A stretch of DNA of 58,337 nucleotides, filler included, from Sanchytrium tribonematis (GCA_018985235.1; 5 parts of 5 records of this genome joined end to end with filler, not necessarily neighbours in it), one strand, 5' to 3'. Positions 21,904-32,992 are shown, counted from the whole stretch's first letter. Notes: generated from the sequence alone by a model not told the origin. Made by a program: numbers and translations.

Positions 21904-22755
21904 TTGAGATCTTTTAAGGATTACTTTGAAAAGTCAATTTTGTATAAAAAAGATGCGTATTATCTACTGTTACACAATAATAAACAATTCAAGGAGTTAG
22001 AGGTTAAGAGTATTGTTCAATTCATTATTGATACTGGTGCAGTATATCGTGTGAAATTATGTAAGGATTACTTCAGTAAAATGTCCAAATTTTACGGACA
22101 ATCATACAAAAGAAGTTGCAAATTATCTGAATTGGAATTTCACTGTATTTTAAATGCATGGACAAAGCAGATTGATAATGTCGTGAATGATGCAACTAAA
22201 AAATTGAAGACAGAAAATATGTTTTACACAGACATAGACGCTGGAAATGAAATCATGAATGACATTGATGTACCTAAACCAAAATCAAAGCAAATAGATG
22301 ATGTGTCAATGTTTGAATTAAAAGAAGAGGAAGCAATAGATCAAAAGTAATTGGCAAACCAAGCAAATGAAAAACTGGCCAATCAAAATGATTTGCAAAA
22401 ATCTACTTCAAAGATGGACCAAATCAAATTGGTTATCGATGGACAAGTGACTTTCAAGAAATGGGATGAGAACTTAACAATTGCAGACAATGTCAATTCA
22501 ATTGAAATGCCAGTACAAACAGTAATTTGCAATTTGAAGCATATGAAAGATTATGAAACAATAGTACCAAAGAGTTGCACTGTGTTTATCTGTTGTCAAT
22601 GGAGACTGGACCATGAGATTGATGTGAAGAAAAAGAAAAAGAATTACAACCTGGCTGTTTCATCCCATACAATGGTTGACACTATCTTGCCATGGAGTGT
22701 ATTGAATAGATTGGATCATTATCATTCCAGTGATTATTTCTTGATCTTCCTCTAA
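21904..22755 (+). other. Two abutting in-frame ORF remnants of unknown origin (possible transposon relic)
   Basis: ORFs 21904-22350 and 22351-22755 are in one frame separated by a single TAA; HCILNAWTK weakly recalls MULE/FAR1 C-terminal motifs. Confidence 0.25.
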
Positions 22756-23029
22756 CATGTAGAATTAGTTTTGAAATTGCGAAGCATATTTTATTTAAAA
22801 ATATAGCCACATGCCTCTAAAAATACTTCTGATCTGATCAGAAATGAGTTTTAAATTTGGGACTAAATATATATTTATATTTTTAAATATCTCAAATCCC
22901 CCACTATACCTAAAATCCCTTGAATTGCCACTTTTTGTGATTTAATAGAACCTGGTCGATTCATAAAAAAGACTATAGCAAATCTCTTTAATAAATCAGC
23001 AATGACAAGTTTCAAATCTGTGATTTCTT

Positions 23030-23425
23030 TTAAAGTAATTGCTCTTTCACACAAACGTTTACAGAATGGGCTAAATTTTCAATTTGAACATCACTAAGGT
23101 TGTTAATAGAGGGGATGTCAAACAAAGCTGCAAGATTTATCTTTTGTACTTTAAATAAATAGAAGTCATTTAACATCATTTCTAAGGGACTTAGCATAAT
23201 TCGATTGTCCAAATGTGATTTTTTACACTCAATACGGCTGAACTGAACATGATAATCTGCTAGTTCGTTAAACATATTATGAGAATGGGCTTTAGTTTTA
23301 TGAATTTCAAAGTACGTTAATTCATCTCTTACCATTGAGAGTATATAGCTGCGGCATAGACACTTCGAATAACGCGCCTCACACCGAACTGTCGCAGTTA
23401 GAGAACTAGTGTTCGATTCTCGCAT
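23030..23425 (-). other. ORF fragment at contig end with a C..C...HxH pattern (possible MULE/FAR1-type zinc finger)
   Basis: RCEARYSKCLCR...KAHSH; weak similarity only. Confidence 0.25.
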
Positions 23426-23525
23426 NNNNNNNNNNNNNNNNNNNNNNNNNNNNNNNNNNNNNNNNNNNNTTAATTAATTAANNNNNNNNNNNNNNNNNNN
23501 NNNNNNNNNNNNNNNNNNNNNNNNN
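23426..23525. other. Artificial contig-joining linker
   Basis: N44-TTAATTAATTAA-N44. Confidence 0.98.
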
Positions 23526-23804
23526 AGTCATATTTCACTGACCTCCCAAGCTTTAATTGTGCTGGAAGGCGGAAGAGTTAATGGTTGCATTGCGATCTCG
23601 GATATAAATGACAATGTGCCACAAGGTGGGGATTCTGCAGGTCCAATCTATATAAAAACCAAAGATAGTGCCGACTGTTTAGGATTTTTCCTGGGCTGTT
23701 TAACTGATCCTTTGGGCCAGACTCGATTTAATCTTATCATTAAGTCAGAGAAATTGCGTCAGTTTTTGGATAAAAATTTTCCTTCTGGCTGGACAATGAT
23801 TTAA
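23526..23804 (+). CDS. C-terminal fragment of a protein with a trypsin-like catalytic Ser motif
   Basis: Frame open from the contig start; GGDSAGPIY resembles GDSGGP. Confidence 0.4.
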   Translation, partial: SHISLTSQALIVLEGGRVNGCIAISDINDNVPQGGDSAGPIYIKTKDSADCLGFFLGCLTDPLGQTRFNLIIKSEKLRQFLDKNFPSGWTMI

Positions 23805-23952
23805 TTAAAAGTTTTATTCATTCAAACTACTGTACTGCATTTTGAAATGTGATGAACTCGTAGTTTGGGCTTTAGCGCAGCACCTGATTTATTAATGGCT
23901 GAACGAAAGTAGTTTTGAAGCACAAGATTGCTCCAAATCTAAAGGAGTGAAA

Positions 23953-24293
23953 ATGTTTTTGGAGACCCTATATTTCGCGACATATTTGGTGCTCATCTGT
24001 CTGGGTTTTTTCGCGTTATATCAAAGCAGGTTTTATAATAATGAAACCACTGATAAATTTGTAAATGCAAAAAAACATGGAACATTTCGAGTGATGTTTT
24101 CGTTGTATTCAGCCAGTGTCGGCGCATGGGTAAGTATGCTTCTACGGACAAGATGTCATTATTTATTTCTTCGACTGGTAGTTTTACAATTGTATTTATG
24201 GTGTTGATGTTTTATGGTTTGGTAGGGTTTTTCGCAAATTGGGCAAAGCTGACGGATGAAAACACCGATCCAATTCCCCTCCCCTCAAATTAA
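23953..24293 (+). pseudogene. Internally deleted remnant of a sodium:solute symporter-like transporter
   Basis: N-terminal TM, DKFVNAK and FSLYSASVGAW, then in another frame VLMFYGLVGFFANWA; far too short for an intact SSS protein. Confidence 0.4.
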
Positions 24294-24518
24294 TATATGT
24301 TATCTTACATCAATCTATTTATCATTCTCTTAATAATCATTACACCAGTACTTATGACTTTTCAAATAAATTTATTGAAATCCATGTCAAGTAATTGAAT
24401 GCTGAGCCATTTGGTGAACAAACAGGAGTTTGGAAAGGTGCTTTAGATCTGTTTGAAGAGAAATTGAAATTGACGCAATAAAATTTTGTCCCCTATTGCC
24501 AAGTTTCTCAGACACACC

Positions 24519-26189
24519 ATGGAGTTACAATATAAATTTCTGAAAAACGATACAGAAAGTGAAATCTATTCCCTTTATTTCGAAAACATTCCTAAAGGAT
24601 ATGAATTTCTTATTAAAATCATTGAAAGGCATGACAATCTGAAACCATATGCAAAAAATGGTATTGGATTTTTTAAGAGCGCAAAGATTGATGTTGCAAA
24701 TGAGCTTGTCAAAGGAAAACTCATTAATGTCAACATGGTTTTTGTGCATCTTCCACAAATGCTGTTGATGGATGCTTTACCACCCTTAACGATCAATAAC
24801 CTCTCAACAACTAAACCCAAAAGCAAATCTTCCTATGCCAATATCTTCTTCAAAATTCAATTGAGTGATTTCAAAATATTATATCAATATGAAAAACACA
24901 ACTTGCATGATATAATCTGGAACTGGGATCAATTGTATTGCCACAGCGCGATCGATCTTACAACAATAGTTTTTGATGTAATGAAAGCTTGTATAAAAAT
25001 GGGCAATTTAGATCATGTTTTGCAACTAAGATTGGGGCAGTACTTTCCAGCTTCCAGCCTTTACTCTAATTACCAAAAGCCAGTTGACATTTGCATTCAA
25101 AAACGTATTTCATTAGAAATAATTGGGGTTTGCGATGTTAAGATTCCTCATCCTAAAAAATCTCTTAATGATCTTACTCATTATGAAATCTTGGACTATA
25201 TGATTGATTTGAGAAATTCTTACCATGTTCGCTTTCCGTATGGTATTTTCACGACTTATTATGAATGGAGAATCTTTTGGTTTGAGGACAGCGACATTCC
25301 ATCAAAATTGACAGACAAATATGCCTTTGATGAATATTGTGAGAATACCAAAGATAGTCAGTGTGGGATTGAAGGAAATATTAAAGTATATATGTCTAGA
25401 ATCTACAGGTACGACGAATCAGATCTGATAGAATTATTAGTGAGCCTTATGTACAAAGTCAGTCAGACACCAACTTCAATTCCGAATAGACTAGCACAAA
25501 TTCAATTAAAATATGTCCACGTTTCTTCAAACTCACTTGAATTCAAATCACTTCCAACAAATTTTATTAAAAATGAAACCCCATTTTCATACGACATGCC
25601 AAGTGCACGTTGTACTCAATTTTACATTTTAAATTGGAACCATAGGGGTGGAGATGGAACTGTAGCCATTTGTTGCTCACCAAATGGTAATTTGGGGGTA
25701 TTAAAGTTTTTTCATAATTTTGAAAATGAAAATGAAATAATCAACGAAAGAGACCGTTGGAATCTATTGTGGGCCACCAATTGTCGCATTGTCAAGGCCA
25801 ATAATAAAACAGCACTTTTGATGCCGTTTGCAATTCATATCAGGACCATTGAAAATCAGCACATATTTTGTGGATTAAATTTTTGGAATAGTCGACAAGT
25901 TGAAAGTCCACAATTTTTGGAATCAGAAATGTGCATCAAAATTGGAATGGAAATCTTAAAAAATTATCAGGCAGAACCTCTTGAAGTTTTTAAATCTGCT
26001 TACCAAGAAATGCTAAATGCAAATATTGTTCATGATGACATCAAATGGTCTCATGTTGCACTTTTACCAGTCAAAATCAGAAGTGGTTATAAATTAAAAC
26101 CAATCTTGATAGACTTGACACGGACAAGACCTTTGACAGATCCTAAAGAAATTGAAATGGAACGCGCCTTGAAGGAACTTGATGAATAA
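24519..26189 (+). CDS. Crinkler-effector-like protein: restriction-endonuclease-like domain plus kinase-like C-terminal domain
   Basis: PVDICI...IIGVCDVKIP (PD-(D/E)xK-like), ILDYMIDLRN...YGIFTTYYEWRIFW, then GGDG, VLKF, IVHDDIKWSHV and ILIDL. Confidence 0.6.
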   Translation: MELQYKFLKNDTESEIYSLYFENIPKGYEFLIKIIERHDNLKPYAKNGIGFFKSAKIDVANELVKGKLINVNMVFVHLPQMLLMDALPPLTINNLSTTKPKSKSSYANIFFKIQLSDFKILYQYEKHNLHDIIWNWDQLYCHSAIDLTTIVFDVMKACIKMGNLDHVLQLRLGQYFPASSLYSNYQKPVDICIQKRISLEIIGVCDVKIPHPKKSLNDLTHYEILDYMIDLRNSYHVRFPYGIFTTYYEWRIFWFEDSDIPSKLTDKYAFDEYCENTKDSQCGIEGNIKVYMSRIYRYDESDLIELLVSLMYKVSQTPTSIPNRLAQIQLKYVHVSSNSLEFKSLPTNFIKNETPFSYDMPSARCTQFYILNWNHRGGDGTVAICCSPNGNLGVLKFFHNFENENEIINERDRWNLLWATNCRIVKANNKTALLMPFAIHIRTIENQHIFCGLNFWNSRQVESPQFLESEMCIKIGMEILKNYQAEPLEVFKSAYQEMLNANIVHDDIKWSHVALLPVKIRSGYKLKPILIDLTRTRPLTDPKEIEMERALKELDE

Positions 26190-26347
26190 ATTGAATTTAG
26201 GTAGTTGGCTTAATGCGATAGCTTGTCGTTCAATGTTTTTAATTTAGACACTTTGTTGTTAAATTGAGCCTTGATTTTGATTGAGAAGTAAAATTTAATT
26301 ATAAATCTTGGTGTAATTGCATTATAATGGGTTGTAGAAGATTTAAA

Positions 26348-26659
26348 TTAAAAGAATTTTCTAATGTTATTCTGTGCAAACTTGATATTCTCCTCAACCA
26401 AGCACTTAGCACGAGGTTTTCTAAATTTATATCTTTGAACCTTGATTTGTAGATCTCTTATGATAACTTTTATTTCCTCTTTCCGCGTCTTTGATAATTT
26501 CCATGGTGTTGTAGTATCAATCAAAGCTCTTCCATACAGCTCACTTGAAGCTTTACAAATATCTGATATTATTTGTGCCTGCATGTATCTTTCTTCCATG
26601 GTGAACGGATTAGCAACAGCACATAATTTAAAAGTAACAGCTAAATCATCCAACCACAT
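26348..26659 (-). CDS. Small hypothetical protein or remnant
   Basis: 103-aa ORF; no family recognised. Confidence 0.3.
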   Translation of the reverse strand: MWLDDLAVTFKLCAVANPFTMEERYMQAQIISDICKASSELYGRALIDTTTPWKLSKTRKEEIKVIIRDLQIKVQRYKFRKPRAKCLVEENIKFAQNNIRKFF

Positions 26660-26963
26660 CCCTTTGTTTTGACTTCAGAAAAATTCGATATTTAGCCATC
26701 TGGACAATCATAAGTCTACTTTTTTGGATGAGTATGTATGCTTAATTATATTTAAGTTTTTAAATGAAGTATAGAAATTAGAAATTAAACGATTTTGTAT
26801 ATTCGCTTTTTTTTTAAATAACTTGTTCATCGTTTCTCAAATAGGTAGACAGTGTAGGACTGTAGCTATTGGATATTTGTCAAGGTAATTCAAATTTAAA
26901 ATTGCAATGTGGATGTTTTGTGGAAAAATAAATAAAATTTTGAAAAAGGAGTAAACATTGGAG

Positions 26964-28850
26964 ATGGCTGAATTTCCAGCAGTTTTGCCACTCAATGGGT
27001 CTATTTGGCAATCACTACTAGAGCAATATAGTGAAGACCACCAATTAATATCACAAATATTCACTCACGTATTAAAATCACCATTAGATCCTATTTATCA
27101 ATTGTACATTGAATACATAAAACGTACTCAACCTAATTTCCTTCAAGACGCATATCAATATACAACCACACAATTAAAATATTCTTATTTCTCACAAGTT
27201 TATCAAGATTACATCAGTTTATTGCCAACAGACGATATGAATAAAATTAGAAATGTTTATAAATCATTATTTGAATATCCAAGATATAATTTAAGAGAAT
27301 CTTTTCAAGTCTATTCTCAATTCGAATCTAAAGATGTTATTGGTACAAATCAATTACAGGATATGACTAAGCAATTTGAGCATAATCATTTATTATTCCA
27401 AGATGTTGAACCCATTTTAAATGCATTTCAAAAAGACCCAACCCCTCAATTGGCCCATGAATTGGTTAATATTGAATCCAAAAACATTCCAAATTATTCC
27501 GATGAGATATTTCATCAGCGTATTTCTAATATTTATCAATGGTGTTTATCATTTTTACCAATTACGAATGAATTGCATTATTGGTTATTTATTGTCCGAT
27601 TTTTAATACACATTAAAAATGAGGAACAACCAGAAATCGTAGATGCTACAACCAAATTGGGTGATTTATCTGTTCCAATTATTCCACAATCTTGTAATGA
27701 ATGGTATTCTATATTTATTCAATACGCAATCCATCATTTAAAGGAATGTCCAAATGCCATCCTTATACTTGCGATTGCTACTCAATTTAGATATCCAATT
27801 GAACCATTATTTGAATTTATTACTCCAAATCATATGATTCCATTTATGGCGCTCAGTTGCATCACTATGCGATCAACAGATTTATCTTCTTTTAGATCTT
27901 ACTTTAGCCAATTTAGAAAATGGTTAAATCAATGTCAATTTGAACCACATATTTTGTCATATTCACTTGGTGTCTTTAGCACATCAGCTTATTGTGAATA
28001 TCTCAATAAATCAGATGACACAATACAAGCACGTATTTTCGAGTTGGGAATGAAGTATTTAAGCAATTTATTAACACATCACACTGAAGAAAGGCAATTA
28101 ATTGTGGATAATGCGATTCAATATTGTAATACGTATTTGGACTGGTTAAATGATATTGGGGATGTGGATAATATGAAATCGGTATTGACGAGATGTTTGC
28201 AGTTGGGTATTGATAGAAAGTATCATTCAACCTGGATTTTAACGAGTTTAAAAGCTGCAATGAAACATGGTGATCATAATTGGATGACTCAATTACAAGG
28301 GACTGTTTCTGAGTATAGAAAAACGAAGGAATGGGAAGTAAAGAACTTGGAGTCCGCCGACTATAATGGCACTTGTTTGCTTTATTATTACTTGAAAATG
28401 TGGAACCAACACGGATTTAATATTTGGCAATTAATTGGGAAAGAAATTGAAAGTGAAGAAAATTTACTATATTTCTTGGCAGGTAAAGAAAAGCAAGTGG
28501 CACCTAAACCTATAGAAAGAAGAGAATATGATAGAGGATATGAAAATAAAGAACGATATGAAAATAGAGAAAATCGAGATAATCGAGACAGATCTTATGA
28601 TAATAGAGACAGATCTTATGAACCTCGTCAAGAAAGAGAAGGAAGAATTAGAAATCCTTCAACTCGGTCACATCAAAGCAGTGATCATTCTTCTCCTTTG
28701 GGAATGCCTAATAGTGATTTGGTGTATGGTTTATTGATTTCACTTCCTAAAGATCCTTGGACTGGTCCAATAGTTGATGTGCAGCTACTTATGTACCAAA
28801 TTAAGAATACGCCACTGGGTCAAAGGCCAATGAAAAGAAAAAGACATTAA
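26964..28850 (+). CDS. RNA14: mRNA 3'-end processing HAT-repeat protein Rna14/CstF-77 (divergent)
   Basis: HAT-like helical repeats, ARIFELGMKY, C-terminal LISLP...GPIVDVQLL; RD/RE-rich linker. Confidence 0.7.
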   Translation: MAEFPAVLPLNGSIWQSLLEQYSEDHQLISQIFTHVLKSPLDPIYQLYIEYIKRTQPNFLQDAYQYTTTQLKYSYFSQVYQDYISLLPTDDMNKIRNVYKSLFEYPRYNLRESFQVYSQFESKDVIGTNQLQDMTKQFEHNHLLFQDVEPILNAFQKDPTPQLAHELVNIESKNIPNYSDEIFHQRISNIYQWCLSFLPITNELHYWLFIVRFLIHIKNEEQPEIVDATTKLGDLSVPIIPQSCNEWYSIFIQYAIHHLKECPNAILILAIATQFRYPIEPLFEFITPNHMIPFMALSCITMRSTDLSSFRSYFSQFRKWLNQCQFEPHILSYSLGVFSTSAYCEYLNKSDDTIQARIFELGMKYLSNLLTHHTEERQLIVDNAIQYCNTYLDWLNDIGDVDNMKSVLTRCLQLGIDRKYHSTWILTSLKAAMKHGDHNWMTQLQGTVSEYRKTKEWEVKNLESADYNGTCLLYYYLKMWNQHGFNIWQLIGKEIESEENLLYFLAGKEKQVAPKPIERREYDRGYENKERYENRENRDNRDRSYDNRDRSYEPRQEREGRIRNPSTRSHQSSDHSSPLGMPNSDLVYGLLISLPKDPWTGPIVDVQLLMYQIKNTPLGQRPMKRKRH

Positions 28851-28959
28851 TAAACAAAATTCATTAACTGATATTGATTTGTCAATAGTAATATTGAGGA
28901 AACATAGTTCTAATTTAAAAATTTAGGCTAGTTTTAGAAAAAGGAGCTTTTTTGAAACT

Positions 28960-29881
28960 ATGTCCAATTCCAGTGCTCAAAACGGTGCTCAACTATCCCT
29001 CTTTCATCCATTATTAAAGGAAGCCATCACATCAATCCAAACAGATCCAACTATTGTGGTTGATGCCGTCATCGTGGATTTTGATAACACCCAATATCAT
29101 GTCAATTACCCAGGCTCGGGCGAATTAGTATTTAGCATGATGTTAAATGGATTTACTTATATCAAACAATTTGTTAATTTATCTGAATACAAAACAATGG
29201 AAACAGAAGCAAATTATTCTTTCACTATTGGAGTTAAGAAAGAACAATTACAAAACATACCTCAATTAAAAATGAACTTACTGGGCCAAGTAGCATTACA
29301 CCACTATGAAAAAGGTACCTCTATTATTTATCCAACTCAAAATAACTTTTTAAACATGCAAAACAATCAAGTGAACATTTCCCAATATCCTGGTGAATTT
29401 GTACTTTTGAAAGGGGAGAAAGAGAGATTATCAATTGTATTCAAGATTGTATTTGACGATGGAAATGATGATGGAGTTGCTAAATTATTCATTCAAGAAT
29501 TGATAGATGCCCGTAAATTGGTTGGTCTTCAAGGTACCCCACAAGTTTTGTACAACAAAGAAATCCCATTGGAGCTAAAACCATACGCAAGTGGTGCTTC
29601 TTCTCAAGCTACTGGTATTTATTTTTAATTTAGGATATTCCTCATATGTCACATTTAGTGTATTCCCTCAACACATTCAAAAAAACAAAGTAGAACAACT
29701 TGCTAAACTCTTGATGTTTAGAAATTATTTGCAATATCATATTAAATGCTCTAAAGCATATTTACATACTCGAATGAGATCAAAGGTAGGTGACTGGCTA
29801 AAAGTTTTAAATCGTGCTAAATTGGAGACTGCTGCATCTGATGTGCGTGTCACAGCCAGTGGAAAAACCTTTCGAAAATAA
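28960..29881 (+). CDS. ARPC2: Arp2/3 complex subunit 2 (p34-Arc/Arc35), two exons
   Basis: DFDNTQYH, FIQELIDAR, PQVLY; after the 19-nt intron YVTF, FRNYLQYHIKCSKAYLHTRMR, VLNRAK, TASGKTF. Confidence 0.95.
29615..29633 (+). other. 19-nt spliceosomal intron GTATTTATTTTTAATTTAG
   Basis: Contains the in-frame TAA that ends the first ORF; removal gives ACT G|GA TAT (T-G-Y) and a full-length conserved ARPC2. Confidence 0.9.
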
Positions 29882-29885
29882 ATAT

Positions 29886-30197
29886 ATGATTTTAAAAGGC
29901 CAATTTTGTATGTCACTTATGGAAATCGCTGCTCAAAAATATGATTTAAATTATTATGGGACAATCTATGGAGTTCTACATGACTATAAAATACTAGTTA
30001 AGGATGGAATCATCAAAGTCTTGATTAAGGAAGAGTGGGTCGATATTTCTTCGACTGAGTTGCATTTAGAATTGGGAAATATTGATGGACCATTCAGTGG
30101 TGATTTAACACATACTTGTGGAAGTCATAAGGAATTAGAAAGATTGTTTGCATTTATTCATACACATCCTCGCAATTACACAGGATTTGGAGTTTAG
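29886..30197 (+). CDS. Small hypothetical protein
   Basis: 103-aa ORF starting 4 nt after the ARPC2 stop. Confidence 0.45.
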   Translation: MILKGQFCMSLMEIAAQKYDLNYYGTIYGVLHDYKILVKDGIIKVLIKEEWVDISSTELHLELGNIDGPFSGDLTHTCGSHKELERLFAFIHTHPRNYTGFGV

Positions 30198-30691
30198 TAA
30201 ATCAAATTAAGAACTTTGACAAAAATAGTTTCTAAACTTGTCAGCAGAGATAATTCGCCAGAAACAGTCGGATGTTTTCTGTCCATCTATTACAGTCTTT
30301 TGTTACAATATGCAATTTTGTATTTTCCATCCGTCTCTTCTATCCATTTCTCATCTTCCGTTTCTCTAAAAATCATCAAATGTGAGCGCCGTAGTCAGGT
30401 TTGTAAACACCACGAGGAATGACTGCAACACTTCAAGACATTTAACAAGGTTGTTGTGGTATACAAGAAAATGATTCCTACTGTTGATACATTCAGTCCA
30501 TCCAAGATGGTTCATCTAGATACACTGGGATTTTATCCCAAATATAACCTGTACAAAAAAATGTCATTTCCAATTCTATACGTAGATTAATATCAAGCAT
30601 ATGCGATTGCCTGTACAGATGCTACTCGAAATTATGAAACAAGGCTGAAAATCTGCTGCCTCTAAATAGACCCAAGAAATAATGAGATTCT

Positions 30692-31669
30692 TTAGTCTCT
30701 ACGACTCACCCATGCAACAACCCATTTCACATTTGTCAAAAATGATTTGCATGCCTTTCCCCATTTATCATCAAATGTACATTGGATTGTCAAATGATTA
30801 ATAGTATCTTTAAATATTTTATAGGGAACTGTAAATCGATCATCCAAATGTGATATCGAATTTTCAATTTCTAACAAGCATTCTAGCAATCCCACCAATG
30901 CTCTGTTGTAATTTTGACGTTGAAAAACAAACATGGCAAATGTCTCAGTTTGATAATACAATGGATAAGATTTCTTATCTTCAAGACTCACTAATCTTGA
31001 ATAACTACCAAGTGCCTGAATCTCCCATTTGAGAAATTTTAAATTTAATTTTTGAGCAACAATATTGAAAAGTAGTGCACAATATCCGAAAGCGGCATTT
31101 GTTTCTAACCAGTCATCGGTTGTTTTACTTTGACCCATTCTACATCCCACAATACTTGCAAATCCGCTCATTTCCCCAATTTTAAATACTTCTTTCAACA
31201 CGCCTTGATCAACTGTGTTTTGTAAAAATTGATATTGTTCTGTTGCTTTAACAACTTTGGCATTTAAAGAGTGTCTGTGTTTCTTGAATTGATACAATTC
31301 CTCTTGATGTTTGTTGTATTCAATAAAATATTGCTCTTCTTGCTCTTTTAGCCTTTCTTCTTGTTGTTCTAAAGCTTCATGTTCTTTCAATAAAGTAGAA
31401 TATTCTTGATCTAGAGATTGTCGTTGACCAATTAGTTGATGATACTCACGATTTAATTCATTTAAAGCATTTTGATCGAATTCTCCTGCATTGGCCATTT
31501 CAGTATTCATAAATTTTTGACAAGTTTTTAATGATTTTTGAAGTAATGATAATTGAGATTTTAATTGATTAACTTGCTGATCTGCACACTGACTACAAAG
31601 CGATAATCTGGAGGGCTTTAGTGGTACTGAGCATTGATTGCAAATAGATATTTCAGAAGGCGCATTCAT
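30692..31669 (-). CDS. ATG6: Beclin-1 / Atg6 / Vps30
   Basis: CxxC pairs, long coiled coil, BARA motifs FASI, WLETNAAFGYCALL, LGSYSRL, WGKACKSFLTNVKWVVAWVS. Start taken as MNAPSE (31669); the track starts at 31735. Confidence 0.93.
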   Translation of the reverse strand: MNAPSEISICNQCSVPLKPSRLSLCSQCADQQVNQLKSQLSLLQKSLKTCQKFMNTEMANAGEFDQNALNELNREYHQLIGQRQSLDQEYSTLLKEHEALEQQEERLKEQEEQYFIEYNKHQEELYQFKKHRHSLNAKVVKATEQYQFLQNTVDQGVLKEVFKIGEMSGFASIVGCRMGQSKTTDDWLETNAAFGYCALLFNIVAQKLNLKFLKWEIQALGSYSRLVSLEDKKSYPLYYQTETFAMFVFQRQNYNRALVGLLECLLEIENSISHLDDRFTVPYKIFKDTINHLTIQCTFDDKWGKACKSFLTNVKWVVAWVSRRD

Positions 31670-31831
31670 TTTGATGAAACAATGCTCACGGAGATTAGAT
31701 ATTTGACTCATATGGCAGTCTAACATTTGAGGCATATCTTATTCTTGTATAGCTTTATCTAAGAACCTTAGATACTTGAAATCAGGTCATAGTATTTATT
31801 TCTAATTAAATGTGGCTTATTTGAGATTATC

Positions 31832-32908
31832 ATGAAAAGTGTTTCTGTTTTAATATTTATAGGTGCCATCTGGCTACTGGTTATAATTAACCAATACTCA
31901 AGTCCAGCTTTATTGGAAAAGCCAGAGAGAATATTTAATCAAAAATGTGGTGGCCCAGGATTCTCCTCTGGTAAATATGAGGTCCATGAAATCATTAAAG
32001 AAGTTAAAGCAGATTGTCCTCTTATTGAGCAACACAATCCAAAGCATGAAGAAGAATCTTGCAATGTCGAAGAATGTAGGGCAAAATCTGGTAATTGTAA
32101 TAATAATAAGTGCGAATGGGATTCTGGTTGGTCATTGAAAGTTGACGAATTTAATCCACCATCAGCAAATCATTACTCATGGGAAAAGAAAGGTTTGACT
32201 CCGGAAAAGCTCAGCAAGCACGATTCAAAATCAATTCCTCCTATTTTCCATCAATCTTGGAAAAATAAAGATGTCCCTGATCGGTATATTGAATGGGAAA
32301 ATAGTTGCATTAACCATCACAAGCACTGGGATCACATATTATGGACAGATGATGATAACAGGCAATTGGTGGCATCCGAATATCCTTGGCTTCTTTATAC
32401 TTATGATCGGTTAAAAACACCAATTATGAAAGCTGATTACATCAGATATGTTTATTTATATCATTTTGGTGGTATATACGCAGATTTGGATGTTGAATGT
32501 TTGAAACCAAGTGATGAATTGATCAAAGATCGCATAGTTGTTCTTGGTGAGCTTGGAGACGACAGAGGATTTGTACACAACATTCCGAATGCTATTCTGG
32601 CATCCAGAAAAGGTCATCCATTTTGGCTGTTCCTGCTGAACAGAATATCCATGCTGGTACATCAACAAGGATGGACTGAAGAAGTAACTGGCCCAATTAT
32701 TTTACGAGATTCTTATTTGCTCTTTCAAAAATTCAAAAATTATAAAAATGATTTTTATGTGGCACCATCAAATCTACTTTATGGAGTAGATTGGCATCGG
32801 CCACCTGCAAATTGTGTTGCTGCGTTTGGACAACATCTGGACACTGATAGTTGCAAAAAACTATTCCCAGATGCTTATATGATAACTTATTGGACACATT
32901 CATGGTGA
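31832..32908 (+). CDS. GT32 glycosyltransferase (Sur1/Csh1/Och1-like), type II membrane protein
   Basis: N-terminal TM; IPPIFHQSW, LWTD, KADYIRY..LY..GGIYADLD (DxD), HPFW, TGP, SW. Confidence 0.92.
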   Translation: MKSVSVLIFIGAIWLLVIINQYSSPALLEKPERIFNQKCGGPGFSSGKYEVHEIIKEVKADCPLIEQHNPKHEEESCNVEECRAKSGNCNNNKCEWDSGWSLKVDEFNPPSANHYSWEKKGLTPEKLSKHDSKSIPPIFHQSWKNKDVPDRYIEWENSCINHHKHWDHILWTDDDNRQLVASEYPWLLYTYDRLKTPIMKADYIRYVYLYHFGGIYADLDVECLKPSDELIKDRIVVLGELGDDRGFVHNIPNAILASRKGHPFWLFLLNRISMLVHQQGWTEEVTGPIILRDSYLLFQKFKNYKNDFYVAPSNLLYGVDWHRPPANCVAAFGQHLDTDSCKKLFPDAYMITYWTHSW

Positions 32909-32992
32909 TTTAATAAAAGCTTCACAATAAAAATTGAAATACAAAACAAAATACACTAAACTTGCTCCATTTTAGCTCCTTGTCTGAATATT

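Noticed and set aside
24130..24152. 23-nt intron GTAAGTATGCTTCTACGGACAAG in the transporter remnant
   Set aside because: It would join the frames but lacks the ATTTAG end of the other introns, and the product would still miss most of the transporter; a deletion junction is as likely.
28520..28640. Repetitive GA-rich tract
   Set aside because: Low-complexity coding sequence (RD/RE linker of Rna14).
28941..28946. Shine-Dalgarno sites implying bacterial origin
   Set aside because: Genes are eukaryote-specific, some with introns, and the motif also occurs inverted.
30216..30665. Coding-like sequence between the ARPC2 neighbour and Beclin-1
   Set aside because: Interrupted by stops on both strands and no recognisable motif.
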